A program made the position numbers and the translations under genes. 64,000 nucleotides of DNA from assembly GCA_963762145.1 (NCBI GenBank), contig CAVXJS010000021.1, positions 736,001 through 800,000 of the forward strand, written 5' to 3'. The notes beneath the pieces are model-generated. The model did no database searches. It worked only from the letters and a program-made list of their open reading frames with translations, and had not been told where the DNA came from. This DNA is from an uncultured Candidatus Rokubacteria bacterium (GTDB taxonomy: Bacteria > Methylomirabilota > Methylomirabilia > Rokubacteriales > CSP1-6). Positions 39,558-50,499 of this stretch are shown here, piece by piece (the first letter of the stretch is position 1; each line of letters begins with the position of its first letter).

Positions 39558-40791
39558 CCGACGGGCGCGCCCGCATCTGCTCGGGGCTCATGCCGTAGAA
39601 GCTCCGCGCGCGCTCGCCCACGCCGGGCCACGGATGGGCGCGCAGCACCTCCTCGTTGATCTCGGCGCCCCAGCCCGGCCCCTCGGGCAGGAAGATGTGG
39701 CCGTCCTTGATCACGGGCGGCTTCGTCACCAGGTCCGCCTTCCACGAGACGTCGTCGATGTCGATCTCCATGATGCGCACGTTGGGGAGCACCGCGCAGA
39801 GGTGGAGCGAGTGGAGATCGGCCAGGTGGCTGTAGTAGTTGTGGGGCGCGATGTTGATCTCGTAGGTCTCGGCCATGCGCCCGATCTGCACCGCCTGGGA
39901 GAAGCCGTTCCACGGCACGTCGACGATGGCGACGTCCACCGCGTGCAGCTCCAGAAATGGCCGATATTGACGAGTGGACACCAGACTCTCGAGCGAAGCG
40001 AGTCTGGTGGTCGTGGATTGCTTGATCTGGAGCAGCGCCTGCGGGTCCCAGTTGTCGTACTCGACCCACTGCATGTCGAACTTCTCGAGCAGCTTGGCCA
40101 CCCGCAGCACGCCCTCGGTGCGGAAGTTGTAGTTGAGATCGAGGCAGAGGCCGACCTTGGGCCCCACCGCGTCGCGGAAGGTGCCGATCAGGCGCTCGAT
40201 CGCGTCGAGGATCTCCACCGTCGGCGCGCCGTCGGTGGAGTTGATGCCGCTCGCGAAGCCGGGGAAGTACACGGTGGCCGGCTCGCCCGGGATCACCATG
40301 TTGGTCTTGAGCGCGGTGAACCCGCGCGCCACCACTTCCTTGCCGAGCGCGGTGATGTCGGCGTAGCTGCGCAGCGGCGGCGTGCCCAGCACGTGGCCGA
40401 GCCGCGCCCGCGTGGTGCCGCAGTGCGACCAGTACAGCCGCATGCGATCGCGTAGCGGGCCGCCGAAGAGCTCGTAGACCGGCACCCCGAGGGCCCGGGC
40501 CTTGATGTCCCAGAGGGCCAGCTCGATGCCGGCCATCGCCTTGTGGCTCACCCCGCCCAGGTTCTGGCGCGTGGCCCGCAGCATGTCCCAGTACAGGCGC
40601 TCGACCGGCCGCGGATCCTGGCCGATCAGGAGCGGGGTCAGGTCCTGCACCGAGCCCGCGATGCCGTAGGGGCTCCGGTTGTCGCTGCATTCCCCCCAGC
40701 CCACGAGGCCATCGTCGGTCTCGATGCGAACGAAGGTCCAGGGTCTCCAGCCGCCGTCACAGTGCAGGGCTTCCACGCGCGCGATCTTCAT
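39550..40791 (-). CDS. Mandelate racemase/muconate lactonizing (enolase superfamily) dehydratase
   Basis: GLVGWGE, IELALWDIKA, YELFGG, APHN, GPGWG. Confidence 0.9.
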   Translation of the reverse strand: MKIARVEALHCDGGWRPWTFVRIETDDGLVGWGECSDNRSPYGIAGSVQDLTPLLIGQDPRPVERLYWDMLRATRQNLGGVSHKAMAGIELALWDIKARALGVPVYELFGGPLRDRMRLYWSHCGTTRARLGHVLGTPPLRSYADITALGKEVVARGFTALKTNMVIPGEPATVYFPGFASGINSTDGAPTVEILDAIERLIGTFRDAVGPKVGLCLDLNYNFRTEGVLRVAKLLEKFDMQWVEYDNWDPQALLQIKQSTTTRLASLESLVSTRQYRPFLELHAVDVAIVDVPWNGFSQAVQIGRMAETYEINIAPHNYYSHLADLHSLHLCAVLPNVRIMEIDIDDVSWKADLVTKPPVIKDGHIFLPEGPGWGAEINEEVLRAHPWPGVGERARSFYGMSPEQMRARPSAT

Positions 40792-40843
40792 GGCGACAGA
40801 CGATGCCATAGCTCGCAGGCCCGAACAAGAACCCTCGAGCGGA

Positions 40844-41632
40844 TCAGGGCCACGCGGAGAGGCCCTGGCGGAACTGCTGAAGCGTCAGCAGCCGGATGCG
40901 CGAGTCCGCGCGCGCGGCCGCCCGCGCCGCCTCGGTGTTGTACCCCCAGGCGGCGAGGAAGAGCGCCACGTCGTCCAGATCGGGATGGGTCGTCACGTGC
41001 TGGAGCGTCTCGAGGCGGTCTTCCACGAAGGCGAGCCGCGGCCGGCTCCCGCGCTCGGCGGTCCAGGCCGCGATCAGCGCGCGGAGGTTCAGGCACTTGT
41101 GCACGCCGGTCTCCTTGCCCTGCACGTCGGCGAGCCGGACGTCCCACGCATCCAGGATGCGCCGCGCGAACGCGCCCTCCTTGGTCGTGACCAGCACGCT
41201 CCGCGCGGGCTCGGCCACGAGACGGCGCAGCTCGTCCACGCTGCCGTACGGGGCGTGCCGCGCGAGCCAGCCCGCCTCGTCGGCGGCGATCCACTCGAGG
41301 CGCACCTCGTCCAGCGCGTGGCCGAGGCGCGCGATCAGCGCGTCGCCGCTCGGCGACCCGGTCGCGACCAGCTCCGCGCACACCCGCGGCCAGCCGCCCA
41401 GGATCTCCGCGCGGGGCACCCCGCGCGCGATGGCGCGGAGGAGCACCGGCATCTCCCAGCCGCTCAGGATCACCGGGCGGAGCGCGCAGAACGCCACGAA
41501 GGCGGCCTCGGCCGGCGGCGCCTCCTCGGGCCACACGCGCGCGCAGGTGCGCCGGCTCGTCTCGAAGTACTCGCGCAGGCCGTCGCAGCAGACGCCGTCG
41601 AAGTCGAGCGCCAGGATGTCCGGAATCGTCAT
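40844..41632 (-). CDS. HAD-family hydrolase
   Basis: ALDFDGV, VTTK, FVEDR, WGYN. Confidence 0.88.
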   Translation of the reverse strand: MTIPDILALDFDGVCCDGLREYFETSRRTCARVWPEEAPPAEAAFVAFCALRPVILSGWEMPVLLRAIARGVPRAEILGGWPRVCAELVATGSPSGDALIARLGHALDEVRLEWIAADEAGWLARHAPYGSVDELRRLVAEPARSVLVTTKEGAFARRILDAWDVRLADVQGKETGVHKCLNLRALIAAWTAERGSRPRLAFVEDRLETLQHVTTHPDLDDVALFLAAWGYNTEAARAAARADSRIRLLTLQQFRQGLSAWP

Positions 41633-41718
41633 GGGCGGACGCCGCCCTGACGCAAATCGCGCCGAAGAAGGTGCGCCCCCGCTCCATAAGCCGCCGACTT
41701 TTCAGTCATGGAAGGACT

Positions 41719-41732
41719 GGCCTCCGTCTTGC
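41719..41732 (+). promoter_or_regulatory. Putative sigma54 promoter for the gene at 41748
   Basis: CTGGCCTCCGTCTTGCT; 16 nt to ATG. Confidence 0.6.
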
Positions 41733-41747
41733 TCCCTCTCAACGCTC

Positions 41748-42272
41748 ATGGCCTCACCGGAGCGCAACATCAGCGCGGTGGATCAGCGCCTCGTCGGCCT
41801 CGAGGACGAGGCGACACGGCTGCGCGCGGAAGTGGCCGCGCTCCAGGAGGAGATCCGCTGGCTCAGCGGCCAGGACGAGGAGCCGGCGGGCTGGCTGTCG
41901 CGCGGCTGGGTGCGCGCTTCGCTGCTCCTGACCGCGATCGGCATGGTCGGTCTCGTCTCGCTCCCGTATCTCCTCAATCTCGACGCCTCCGGTCCGCATG
42001 CCGATCCGACGCCCGGCGCGGCCGCCTCCGCCCGCCCGGCTCCCGCCGCGCCGCGTCCCGCGGTCGCCCCCGCGCCCGTCAAGGCCGAGCGCCGCGACGA
42101 CGCCTCGACTCCGACCCGCGTCCGCGCCCCCGAGGGCCCCGAGCCCGCGCGCGTCCTGTCCGCGGAGGACCGTACCACCGCCGCCCCCCGCCCGCGGCCC
42201 GTCCGCGAGCGGCGCGGGCCCCAGCCGTCGGACGCCGTCGTCGTCGCGCCCGGTCGCGGCGAGAGCCCCTAG
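41748..42272 (+). CDS. Hypothetical protein: coiled coil, single TM, Pro/Ala/Arg-rich tail
   Basis: DQRLVGLEDEATRLRAEVAALQEEI heptads, then LLLTAIGMVGLVSLPYLL. Confidence 0.62.
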   Translation: MASPERNISAVDQRLVGLEDEATRLRAEVAALQEEIRWLSGQDEEPAGWLSRGWVRASLLLTAIGMVGLVSLPYLLNLDASGPHADPTPGAAASARPAPAAPRPAVAPAPVKAERRDDASTPTRVRAPEGPEPARVLSAEDRTTAAPRPRPVRERRGPQPSDAVVVAPGRGESP

Positions 42273-43501
42273 GCCCGCGCGGGCCCCCGCAGCCGCCCCG
42301 CCCACACCGAGAGCGCGGCCACCCCGGCCGCCGCGGCGGCCAGCACGAAGGCGATCGCGTAGCTCCCCGTCGCATCGAAGATCCGCCCGGCCAGCCACGC
42401 GCCCAGCGCGCTCCCGAGCGCGCTCGCCACCTGGGTCGCGCCGAAGATCGAGCCGAAGTGCGGCCCGCGGAAGCGGTCGCTCATCATGGCGGGCACGATG
42501 AACGCGGTGACCGAGTAGCCCACCCCGAACAGCACCGCGTAGCCGAGGGCGAGCCACGCCGTCGGCGCCAGCGCCACGAGCCACAGTACGCCCACTCCGC
42601 CGATCATGCCGATCATGCCGAGCGCGTAGACCAGCTCGCGCGAGAGGTGATCCGAGATCCAGCCTCCCCCGGTCTTGCCCACGATGCTGGAAGCGCCCAC
42701 CACGCTGATCACCGAGGCGGCGGTCATGGCCGGGAGGCCGTGGTCCACGAGGAACGCGGCCTGGTGGACGTGCAGCGTCTGGCTGCAGATGCTGCCGAGG
42801 AAGACGGCCAGACCGATGAGTCGAAAGGACGGATTGGCCAGCGCCAGCCCGAGGGAATGCTCGCCGGCGCCCGGCGTGCCCGCCGGGCCGCGCGCGGCGG
42901 GCTCGCGCGGCGCCGGCGGCGTGTCGCGGATGGCCAGGAAGGTCGCGGGCAGGATCCAGAGCGCGCACAGGATGGCGAGCGCGCGAAAGGCCCAGCGCCA
43001 GCCGAAGCCGTCGATCAGCGCCTGGCAGAGCGGGACGACCAGGAAGATTCCCAGGCCGACGCCGGAGCCCGCGATGCCGAGGGCCAGGCCCAGGCGCGCC
43101 TTCCACTGCCGCTGCACCATCACCACCGCCGGCGTCCAGCCCGCGGTCGCCACCCCGACCGCGGTGAGCAGACCGAAGGTCAGGTAGAGGTGCCACGCGC
43201 GCGTGACCAGGCTGTCCGCCCAGAGCGAGCCCGCCAGCAGCACGCCGCCGATCAGGATGAGCCGGCGCGGCCCGAAGCGATCGGCGAGCGCGCCCAGCAC
43301 CGGCCCGGCGCCCCCGCTGACCAGCGTGAAGATCGAGAAGGCGCCGGCCAGCACCGAGCGGCTCCAGCCGAACTCCCGCAGCAGCGCGACCAGGAAGACG
43401 CTGTAGGCGTACCAGACCCCGTAGGCCAGCGCGAGGGTGACGACGGTGACGCCGAGAGCGAGATACGACGGTGCGGGCGAGGCCGCCGGGTCAGGGCGCA
43501 T
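42269..43501 (-). CDS. MFS transporter (OFA/MCT-like)
   Basis: EFGWSR, GALADRFGPRR, GWRWA, GWISD, GRIFDATGSY. Confidence 0.92.
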   Translation of the reverse strand: MRPDPAASPAPSYLALGVTVVTLALAYGVWYAYSVFLVALLREFGWSRSVLAGAFSIFTLVSGGAGPVLGALADRFGPRRLILIGGVLLAGSLWADSLVTRAWHLYLTFGLLTAVGVATAGWTPAVVMVQRQWKARLGLALGIAGSGVGLGIFLVVPLCQALIDGFGWRWAFRALAILCALWILPATFLAIRDTPPAPREPAARGPAGTPGAGEHSLGLALANPSFRLIGLAVFLGSICSQTLHVHQAAFLVDHGLPAMTAASVISVVGASSIVGKTGGGWISDHLSRELVYALGMIGMIGGVGVLWLVALAPTAWLALGYAVLFGVGYSVTAFIVPAMMSDRFRGPHFGSIFGATQVASALGSALGAWLAGRIFDATGSYAIAFVLAAAAAGVAALSVWAGRLRGPARA

Positions 43502-43524
43502 GGGCGCCCCACCATACCGCGGCG

Positions 43525-44889
43525 TCAGTCCAGGCGGAAGCCGCCGGCGAGGCGCCGGGTCAGGAGCTCGCGCTCCTCCTCGAGGCTCGGATCGAGACGC
43601 ACCGCGGTCTGCACCGCGCGCAGGCCTTCCTGATCGCGGCCGAGGCTCAGCAGGCTGCGCCCCAGGTTCGCGTGGGTGGGCGCGTCGTCGGGATTGAGCG
43701 CGAGCGCGGCGCGGTAGGCCGCCACCGCCTCGTCGTACCGCCGGAGGGTCTGCAGCGCCACGCCCAGGTTGGCGTGGGCGCGGAAGTGATTCGGGTTGAC
43801 GCGGATCGCGTTGGAGAGCCAGTCCACCGCCAGGTCGTACTGGTCGAGCTCCATGTAGAGGCGGCCGAGGTTGGCGTACGGCCAGGAGAACTTCGCGTCG
43901 GCCGCGATCGCTTTCTGGTACGCGGTCGCCGCCGCGCCCTGATCGCCGAAGCGGTACTGGAGGTTGTACGCCGCGATGTTCAGCGACTCCGCGGTCTTCG
44001 GCACGTCGTACGCGGGCAGGCGGGTGCGGAGGAAGGTCTCCGCCTCGCGCCGCGCGCGCGCGTCCGGCGCGCGGCGGATCCGGTCCTGCAGCACCAGCCG
44101 CGAGAGCCGGACCAGGTTGGCGTCGGTCAGCGCGCGCCCGAGCGGCAGGAGGCAGTCCGAGCGCTCCGGCGCGGCGAGCAGGCCGACCAGGGCGCGCGTC
44201 TCGGCCCCCACCGTGCCGCGGCCGGCCGCGCAGTAGTCGGTGCCCTCGCGCACCCAGCCGCGCGCGCGCGCCACCTCGAGCGCCCGGGCGGGGTCGCCCG
44301 CCTCGAGGTGCGTGGCGAACAGGGCCGCCGCCACCACCTCGCGATCGAGCACCGCATTGGCCAGCCCCACCCGGCTCGCGTGCAGCGAGCGGAACACCCA
44401 GTCGGGCAGCATGCGGCCCCAGCGCGAGCCGTTGAGCGAGACGGTGAGCCGCTCGATCGTGTGCTGTCCGGTCTGCGCCCACCGCTCGCCGCGGGTGGAT
44501 GGCGCCTGCAGGCTGGCGTTCAGGTATTCGGTCGCGAGCGCGGTATTGCCCATGCGCTCGGCCATGGCCCCGGCCCGGTAGTAGACCAGGCCCGAGGGCT
44601 GCAGGCGGCTCGCGCGGCTGAAGGCGTCGAGCGCCTCGTCGAACTCGCCCAGCAGCTCGGCCGTCGCGCCACGCCGCATCTGCGCCTCGAGCGAGGCCGG
44701 CTCCGCGACCGCGGCGGTCCGGTAATGGTTCAGCGCCTCACGGAGGGCCCGCTGCTGGGCCGCCTCGTCACCGGCCTTGATCGAGCCCCGGGCCCTCGAG
44801 TCGGGGCCATTGCAGCCCATCGCCAGCAGGGACACGGCCAGGGCGATGCCGAAGATCCAGCGCATGAGCCCGGGAGGGATGGCCAGCAT
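43525..44889 (-). CDS. Tetratricopeptide-repeat lipoprotein
   Basis: Lipobox LAMG-C; TPR repeats (YANLG, HANLG, ALALNP). Confidence 0.82.
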   Translation of the reverse strand: MLAIPPGLMRWIFGIALAVSLLAMGCNGPDSRARGSIKAGDEAAQQRALREALNHYRTAAVAEPASLEAQMRRGATAELLGEFDEALDAFSRASRLQPSGLVYYRAGAMAERMGNTALATEYLNASLQAPSTRGERWAQTGQHTIERLTVSLNGSRWGRMLPDWVFRSLHASRVGLANAVLDREVVAAALFATHLEAGDPARALEVARARGWVREGTDYCAAGRGTVGAETRALVGLLAAPERSDCLLPLGRALTDANLVRLSRLVLQDRIRRAPDARARREAETFLRTRLPAYDVPKTAESLNIAAYNLQYRFGDQGAAATAYQKAIAADAKFSWPYANLGRLYMELDQYDLAVDWLSNAIRVNPNHFRAHANLGVALQTLRRYDEAVAAYRAALALNPDDAPTHANLGRSLLSLGRDQEGLRAVQTAVRLDPSLEEERELLTRRLAGGFRLD

Positions 44890-44903
44890 GACCCTTCCAG
44901 ACG

Positions 44904-44917
44904 GCAACATTCTTGCC
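44904..44917 (-). promoter_or_regulatory. Putative sigma54 promoter for the TPR lipoprotein
   Basis: Minus strand GTGGCAAGAATGTTGCC; 15 nt to ATG 44889; also a GGCAA-N5-TTGCC dyad. Confidence 0.62.
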
Positions 44918-45039
44918 ACCCGGAATGCGGGCCAAGTAATCGGAATTGCAGGAGCCGCCAGGCGGCGATGTGACGAAATTGGGCCGCCAGCTGACACCGA
45001 GTCGTCCGGTGTCCACGGGATGCCGGCGCCGCGGGCCGG

Positions 45040-45769
45040 CTAGGGGCGGACCAGACGGAAGCGGATGCCGCAGATCTGGACGAGGCCGGCGCGGGTCGAA
45101 TCGGCGCAGGCCAGGTCGAGACCCCCCAGCCCCTCGCCCCGTCCGTCGGTGGCCTCGGTGAAGCGGAGCGTCGCGTCGTCGAGGGCGATGACGCGCTGCC
45201 CGTCGCGCATCTGGACCGGGCGCTCCATGACCTCGCTCCAGCGCCGGGCCAGACGATCGGGGTCCTCGCTCTGGAGCTCGGCCGCCGTCATGGCCGTGAT
45301 CAGGCCCGGCTTGAGCGGCGTGTTGCCGTCGTGAGTGGGCGGGGTGCCACGGGCCGCCCGGATCACGCGCGCCGGGCTGCCAGCCGAAGGACAGCATCGC
45401 GGCCCCCACGTCGCGCGGGTGAAGCTGCAGCTCGCGGTATTCGGGATAGCCGATCTCGTTGGCGATGCGCACCCCGACCGCCTCGCAGCGCTTGCGCCGG
45501 GGGGCCAGATCGTCGCACTGCGTGATCACCATGTAGCCGCCGTCGCCGCCGCGCCGGTCGAGGTAGCGCCCCGCCGTCGTGCCCTCGCGCACCGGCGCCA
45601 CCACCTCGAGGAAGTTGTGGCCGATCGGGAACAGCGCGTTCTCGAGCCCGTACTTGCCCACGCCCGGATCCCGGTGGCAGACCTCGAGGCCGAGCGCCGC
45701 GCGGAACTCGTCCACCACCGGCGTCAGCTCGCGGGCCACCAGGCAGATCTGTCGCATGCGCAGGCTCAT
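45040..45769 (-). CDS. VOC/glyoxalase-like protein (frameshift near 45335)
   Basis: RQICLVA, GLENAL, FLEVVAP, GDGGYMVI, QLHPRD. Confidence 0.82.
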
Positions 45770-46997
45770 GAGGGGCTCCCCGCTTCCTTGGCCGCCATCT
45801 TCTGCTTGAGCTGCTCGGGCGTGAGCCGGACGATGTCCTCGTTCTGGTGCGCGTAGACCTTGAAGCCGTCGGTGTCGAGGTCCTCGAGGGTGATCGTCCC
45901 GGCCAGCACGTCGGCCTTCCAGCGCTGGTGCTCGGGCTCACGCGCCTGGAACTCGGGCATCACCTCGCGCGCGAAGAGCTCGAGGCTCGCGCAGATGTCC
46001 TCGTGGCTGGTGCGCCCGGTCTGGTTGAGCAGGATGACCTGGTCCACGTTCGAGGCCTCGAACTGGGCGAGCTTCCGGCGGATCGTCTCCGGCGAGCCGA
46101 TGAGCCCGGCGCTGGAGCGTCTCCTGCGCCTTCGGGGTGTGCCGCCACTCCTGGTAGAGCTTCCACATGTTGCCCTTGCCCGGGCTCGGCCATGCCGTGC
46201 CGACCGTAGTGCGAGAGACAGAACACGAAGAACGTCCAGCCCGCCGCCTTCTCGCGCGCCTCCTCGTCGGTCGGCGCGCACATGAAGGCGCTCACCATGG
46301 CGATGTTCGGATTCGCGGGGTAGTCGGCAAGCCGGTTGGGCTCGCGGGTGAGGCTCGTGTAGTAGCGGTTCACCCACGCGCGCGCCGCCTCCGGCGAGAC
46401 GAACTGGAAGCCGAGCGCGCCCATGCCCCACTGCCCCGCGCTCGCGATCGTCGCGATGTTCGAGCACGCGACCCAGAGCGGCGGGTGCGGCTTCTGCCGC
46501 GGCTTCGGGATGACGTTGCGGGCCGGGAAGTCGAAGTACTGGCCGTGGAACTCCACCGCGTCCTGGGTGAAGCACGGGATCAGCACCCGCACCGCCTCCT
46601 CCCAGACCTCTCGCTTGTCCCTCACGCGACGGCCGAACGGGTGGAGCTCGACCGGCCCCTGCCCCTCGCCCAGCCCGAGCTCCACGCGCCCGCCGCTCAG
46701 CAGATCGAGCGTGGCCACCCGCTCGGCCACCCGGATCGGGTGATTGGTCGGGAGCTGGATGATCCCGTGGCCCAGCCGGATGCGGCGGGTGCGCTGGGTG
46801 GCCGCGCCCAGGAACACCTCGGGCGCCGACGAGTGCGAGTACTCCTCGAGGAAGTGGTGCTCGACCTCCCACGCGTAGTCGTAGCCCAGCCGGTCGGCGA
46901 GCTCGATCTGGGTGAGCGAATCTTGAAGCAGCCGGTACTCGCTGTCCGGCCCCCAGGGCCGGGGGAGCTGATGCTCGTAGAAGATGCCGAACTTCAT
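45766..46997 (-). CDS. LLM-class flavin-dependent oxidoreductase (frameshifts near 46175 and 46110)
   Basis: MKFGIFYE, VEHHFLEEYS, LDLLSGGR, PRQKPHPP, IGSPET. Confidence 0.88.
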
Positions 46998-48713
46998 GAC
47001 GCGCGCAGCAGACGGCCGGGGCCGCGCGTGCCCGCGGGCTCGGGCAGCCGCCCGTCCTCGATGACGGCCCGGCCGTTGACGAAGGACCACCGGATGCCGC
47101 TGGCCCGCTGGACGAGCCGCGGGCCGCCGCCCGGGAGGTCGTGCACCAGCTCGGGCTCGTGGTCGGCGATGGTGTCGGGATCGAAGACCGTGACGTCGGC
47201 CGCGAGCCCGGGCCGCAGGCGCCCGCGGTCGCGCAGGCCGAAGAGATCGGCGGGCATCGACGTGATGCGGCGCACGCCGTCCTCCAGCGAGAGCGCGCGG
47301 CGCTCCCGCACCCAGTGGCCGAGCAGGCGGCTGGTCTGGCCCGCCTCGCAGAAGAGGGTCAGGTGCGCGCCCGCGTCGGAGAGCCCGATCAGCGAGCGCG
47401 GGTGGGTGAAGATCTCGGCCACCGAGGCCGCGTCGGTGTTCATCACCGCCACCGTGAACTGGGTCTGCAGATCGTCCTCGAGCGCCAGGTCGAAGAAGGC
47501 GTCGATCACGTCCTGGCCGCGCCGGGCCGCGACCTCCGCCACCGCGAGACCGACGAAGGGCTTGAACGCGTCCGCGCCGACCGCGTGCACCCGGAGGGGC
47601 GCGGTGTCGCCCCGGAAGAGCGGCGTGCGGCCGACCGAGGCCCGGAACTCCTCGCGGAAGCCCGCGTCGCGGAAGAGCGCGCGCCATCCCGACGACCGGC
47701 GCGTCGAGCACCCGCTTCCAGACCGGGAAGCGAAAGAAGACGAACGCGCTCGCGAGGTCGAACGTCGAGGTGAGCGGAGAGGTCGTCACCTGGGGATAGA
47801 TCTCGACGCCCTCGCGCGCGAGCGCCTCGATGCGCTCGAGGATCGCGCGGTGCTCCACCGGGTGCGACGGGTTGTGGCGCAGCGAGACCAGGGTCACCGG
47901 ACGGTTCGCCGCGCGCGCCAGCTCCGCGAAGCGGTCGATCTCGGCCAGGCGATCCGGACGGGTGCCGCCGATGGTCAGCTCGAGGATGCCGCGTCCCGAC
48001 TGCGCCCATGGTCCGCACCAGGCTCGTCAGCTCGTCCTCGTGGGCGAGCCGGCTCGGCACCGGGCGGCCCCCGATCGCCCACGTGGTTCTGGTTGGTCGT
48101 GGACGAGAGCCCCACCGCGCCGAGGGCCATCGCCTCGGTGACGAGGCGCGCCCATGCCCGCGATCTCCTCCGCGGTGGCCTCGCGCTCCCACGCCGCGTC
48201 GCCCATCACGTACTGGCGGATCGCGGAGTGGCCGATGAAGCAGCCCACGTTCGTCCACGGACCGATCCGCTCGACCGCGTCCTGGTACTGGGCGAAGGTC
48301 TCCCACTCCCAGCGGATGCCCTGGGTGAGCGCCTCGAGCGGCATGCCCTCCACGTAGGTGAGCATGCGCATCAGGGTCAGCCGGTCCTCGGCGCGGCACG
48401 GCGCGAGCGTGAAGCCGCAGTTGCCCATCACCACCGTGGTCACCCCGTGCCACGAGGAGCAGGAGGCGAGGCTGTCCCACGTGATCTGGGCGTCGTAGTG
48501 CGTGTGCGGATCGATGAAGCCGGGCGCGACGACCAGCCCCGCGGCCAATACCTCGCGCGTGCCGCGGCCCGACACCGTGCCGATCTCGCTGAGCTTCCCG
48601 TCGCGCACCGCCACGTCGGCGCGGCGGCCGGGGGCGCCGGTGCCGTCGACGACGAGTCCACCGCGAATCACGAGGTCGTGTGCCGCCGCCTGGGCCGTCC
48701 CCTGGGTCGTCAT
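46994..48713 (-). CDS. N-acyl-D-amino-acid deacylase-like amidohydrolase (several frameshifts)
   Basis: VVDGTG, PGFIDPHTHYD, GNCG, SDAGAH, DRGRL, FDP. Confidence 0.88.
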
Positions 48714-48744
48714 GGGGGCCTACTCTACGGCAACGCCATGGTCC

Positions 48745-48773
48745 TTGACCACCCCTCGGCCCGGCGCTACCCT
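48745..48773 (+). promoter_or_regulatory. sigma70-type promoter for the ThDP-enzyme operon
   Basis: TTGACC-N17-TACCCT, 9 nt before ATG 48783. Confidence 0.6.
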
Positions 48774-48782
48774 CCCTGCACC

Positions 48783-50499
48783 ATGATGAAACGAGCGACC
48801 GTCGAGTCCACCGCCGACGCCTATCTCGAGCTCCTGGCCGCCCGCGGCGTCGAGTACTTCTTCGCCAACGCGGGCACCGATTTCGCGCCCGATCATCGAG
48901 GCCTACGCGCGCCGCGGCGCGCAGGGCCAGGCGAGCCCGCGCCCCATCACGGTGCCCCACGAGGTGCCGGCGGTGGCGATGGCCCACGGCTACACCATGG
49001 TCTCGGGCCGGGCCCAGGCGGTGATGGTCCACGTCATCGTGGGCGCGGGCAACGCGGCGGGCGGCGTGATCAACGCGGCGCGCTCGAACATCCCCATGCT
49101 CTTCTCGGCCGGGCGCAACCCGATCACCGAGGCCGGCAACGCGGGCAGCCGCGACCGGCCGATCCACTGGGCGCAGGAGGCCTTCGACCAGGCGGGCATG
49201 CTGCGCGAGTTCGTGAAGTGGGACTACGAGCTCAAGCGCTTCGATCAGCTCGAGACGGTGGTGGACCGGGCGCTGACCCTGGCCCAGTCGGAGCCGCGCG
49301 GCCCGGTGTACCTCACCCTGCCGCGCGAGGTGCTGGCCGAGCGCCACGACGCCATCGAGTACGCCGATCCCGCGCGCGCGGCGGTGCCGGCCGCGACGCT
49401 GCCGGATCCGGCCGCGGTGGACGGAGGCGGCGGCGATGCTGGCCGCGGCCCGCAACCCGATCATCATCACCAAGGCCCTCGGCCGCGATCCGGCCGCGGT
49501 GCCCGTCCTGGTGCGGCTCGCCGAGACGCTCGGCGCGCCGGTGTTCGATCAGTTCCACACCTACGTGAACTTCCCGCAGGATCACGCGCTGCACGGCGGC
49601 TTCGAGGCCGCGCCGCACCTGGCGGAGGCCGACGCTGATCCTGGTCATCGAGTCGGACGTGCCGTGGTTCCCGCAGATGAGCCGCCCGAAGCCGGAGACG
49701 CGCGTCGATCCACCTGGGCGTGGACCCGCTCTTCTCGCGCTACCCGGTGCGCGGCTTCCCCGCGGACCTGGCGCTGGCCGGCACCCCGCGGCTGGCGCTG
49801 GCCGCGCTGGCGGACGCGGTGGCGCGGCGGGTGGACCGGGCGGCGGTGGCGGAGCGCGCGGCAGCGCTGGACGGCCGCGGGCGCCAGGCGACGCGAGGCC
49901 GCGGCCGCGAAGAGCCGCGCGGTCGCAGGCCGACACGCCCATCGACATGCTCTCGCTCTCCCGCGCGATCGGGGAGCTGGTGGACGACCGCACGATCGTG
50001 GTCAACGAGTACGATCTCGACGCGACCCAGTGCACGTTCACCCGGCCCGGCAGCTACTTCGCGGCGCCGCCCTCGGGCGGGCTCGGGTGGGGCCTGGGCG
50101 CCGCGCTCGGGGCCAAGCTGGCCGCGCCCGATCACAGCGTGATCTGCTGCGTGGGCGACGGGGCCTACATCTTCGGCTCGCCCACCGCCGTCGCACTTCG
50201 TCTCGCGCGCCTACAACCTGCCCGTCCTGTTCGTGGTCTTCAACAACCGCACGTGGAACGCGGTGAAGCGCGCGGTGCAGACCTACGCGCGCGACGGCTG
50301 GGCGGTGCGCACCGACTCGATGCCGCTCACCGCCCTCGAGCCGTCGCCCGACTACGAGATGATCTGCCGGGCCTCGGGCGGTCACGGGGAGAAGGTCGAG
50401 GATCCGGCCGCGCTGCCCGACGCCCTCCGGCGCGGGCTGCGCATCGTGAAGGAAGAGAAGCGCCAGGTCGTCCTCAACGTGATCTGCAAGAAGCCGTGA
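48783..50499 (+). CDS. Thiamine-diphosphate-requiring enzyme (several frameshifts)
   Basis: FANAGTDF, PHE..A..MAHGY, GGLGWGLG, GDGAY...NN motif. Confidence 0.88.
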
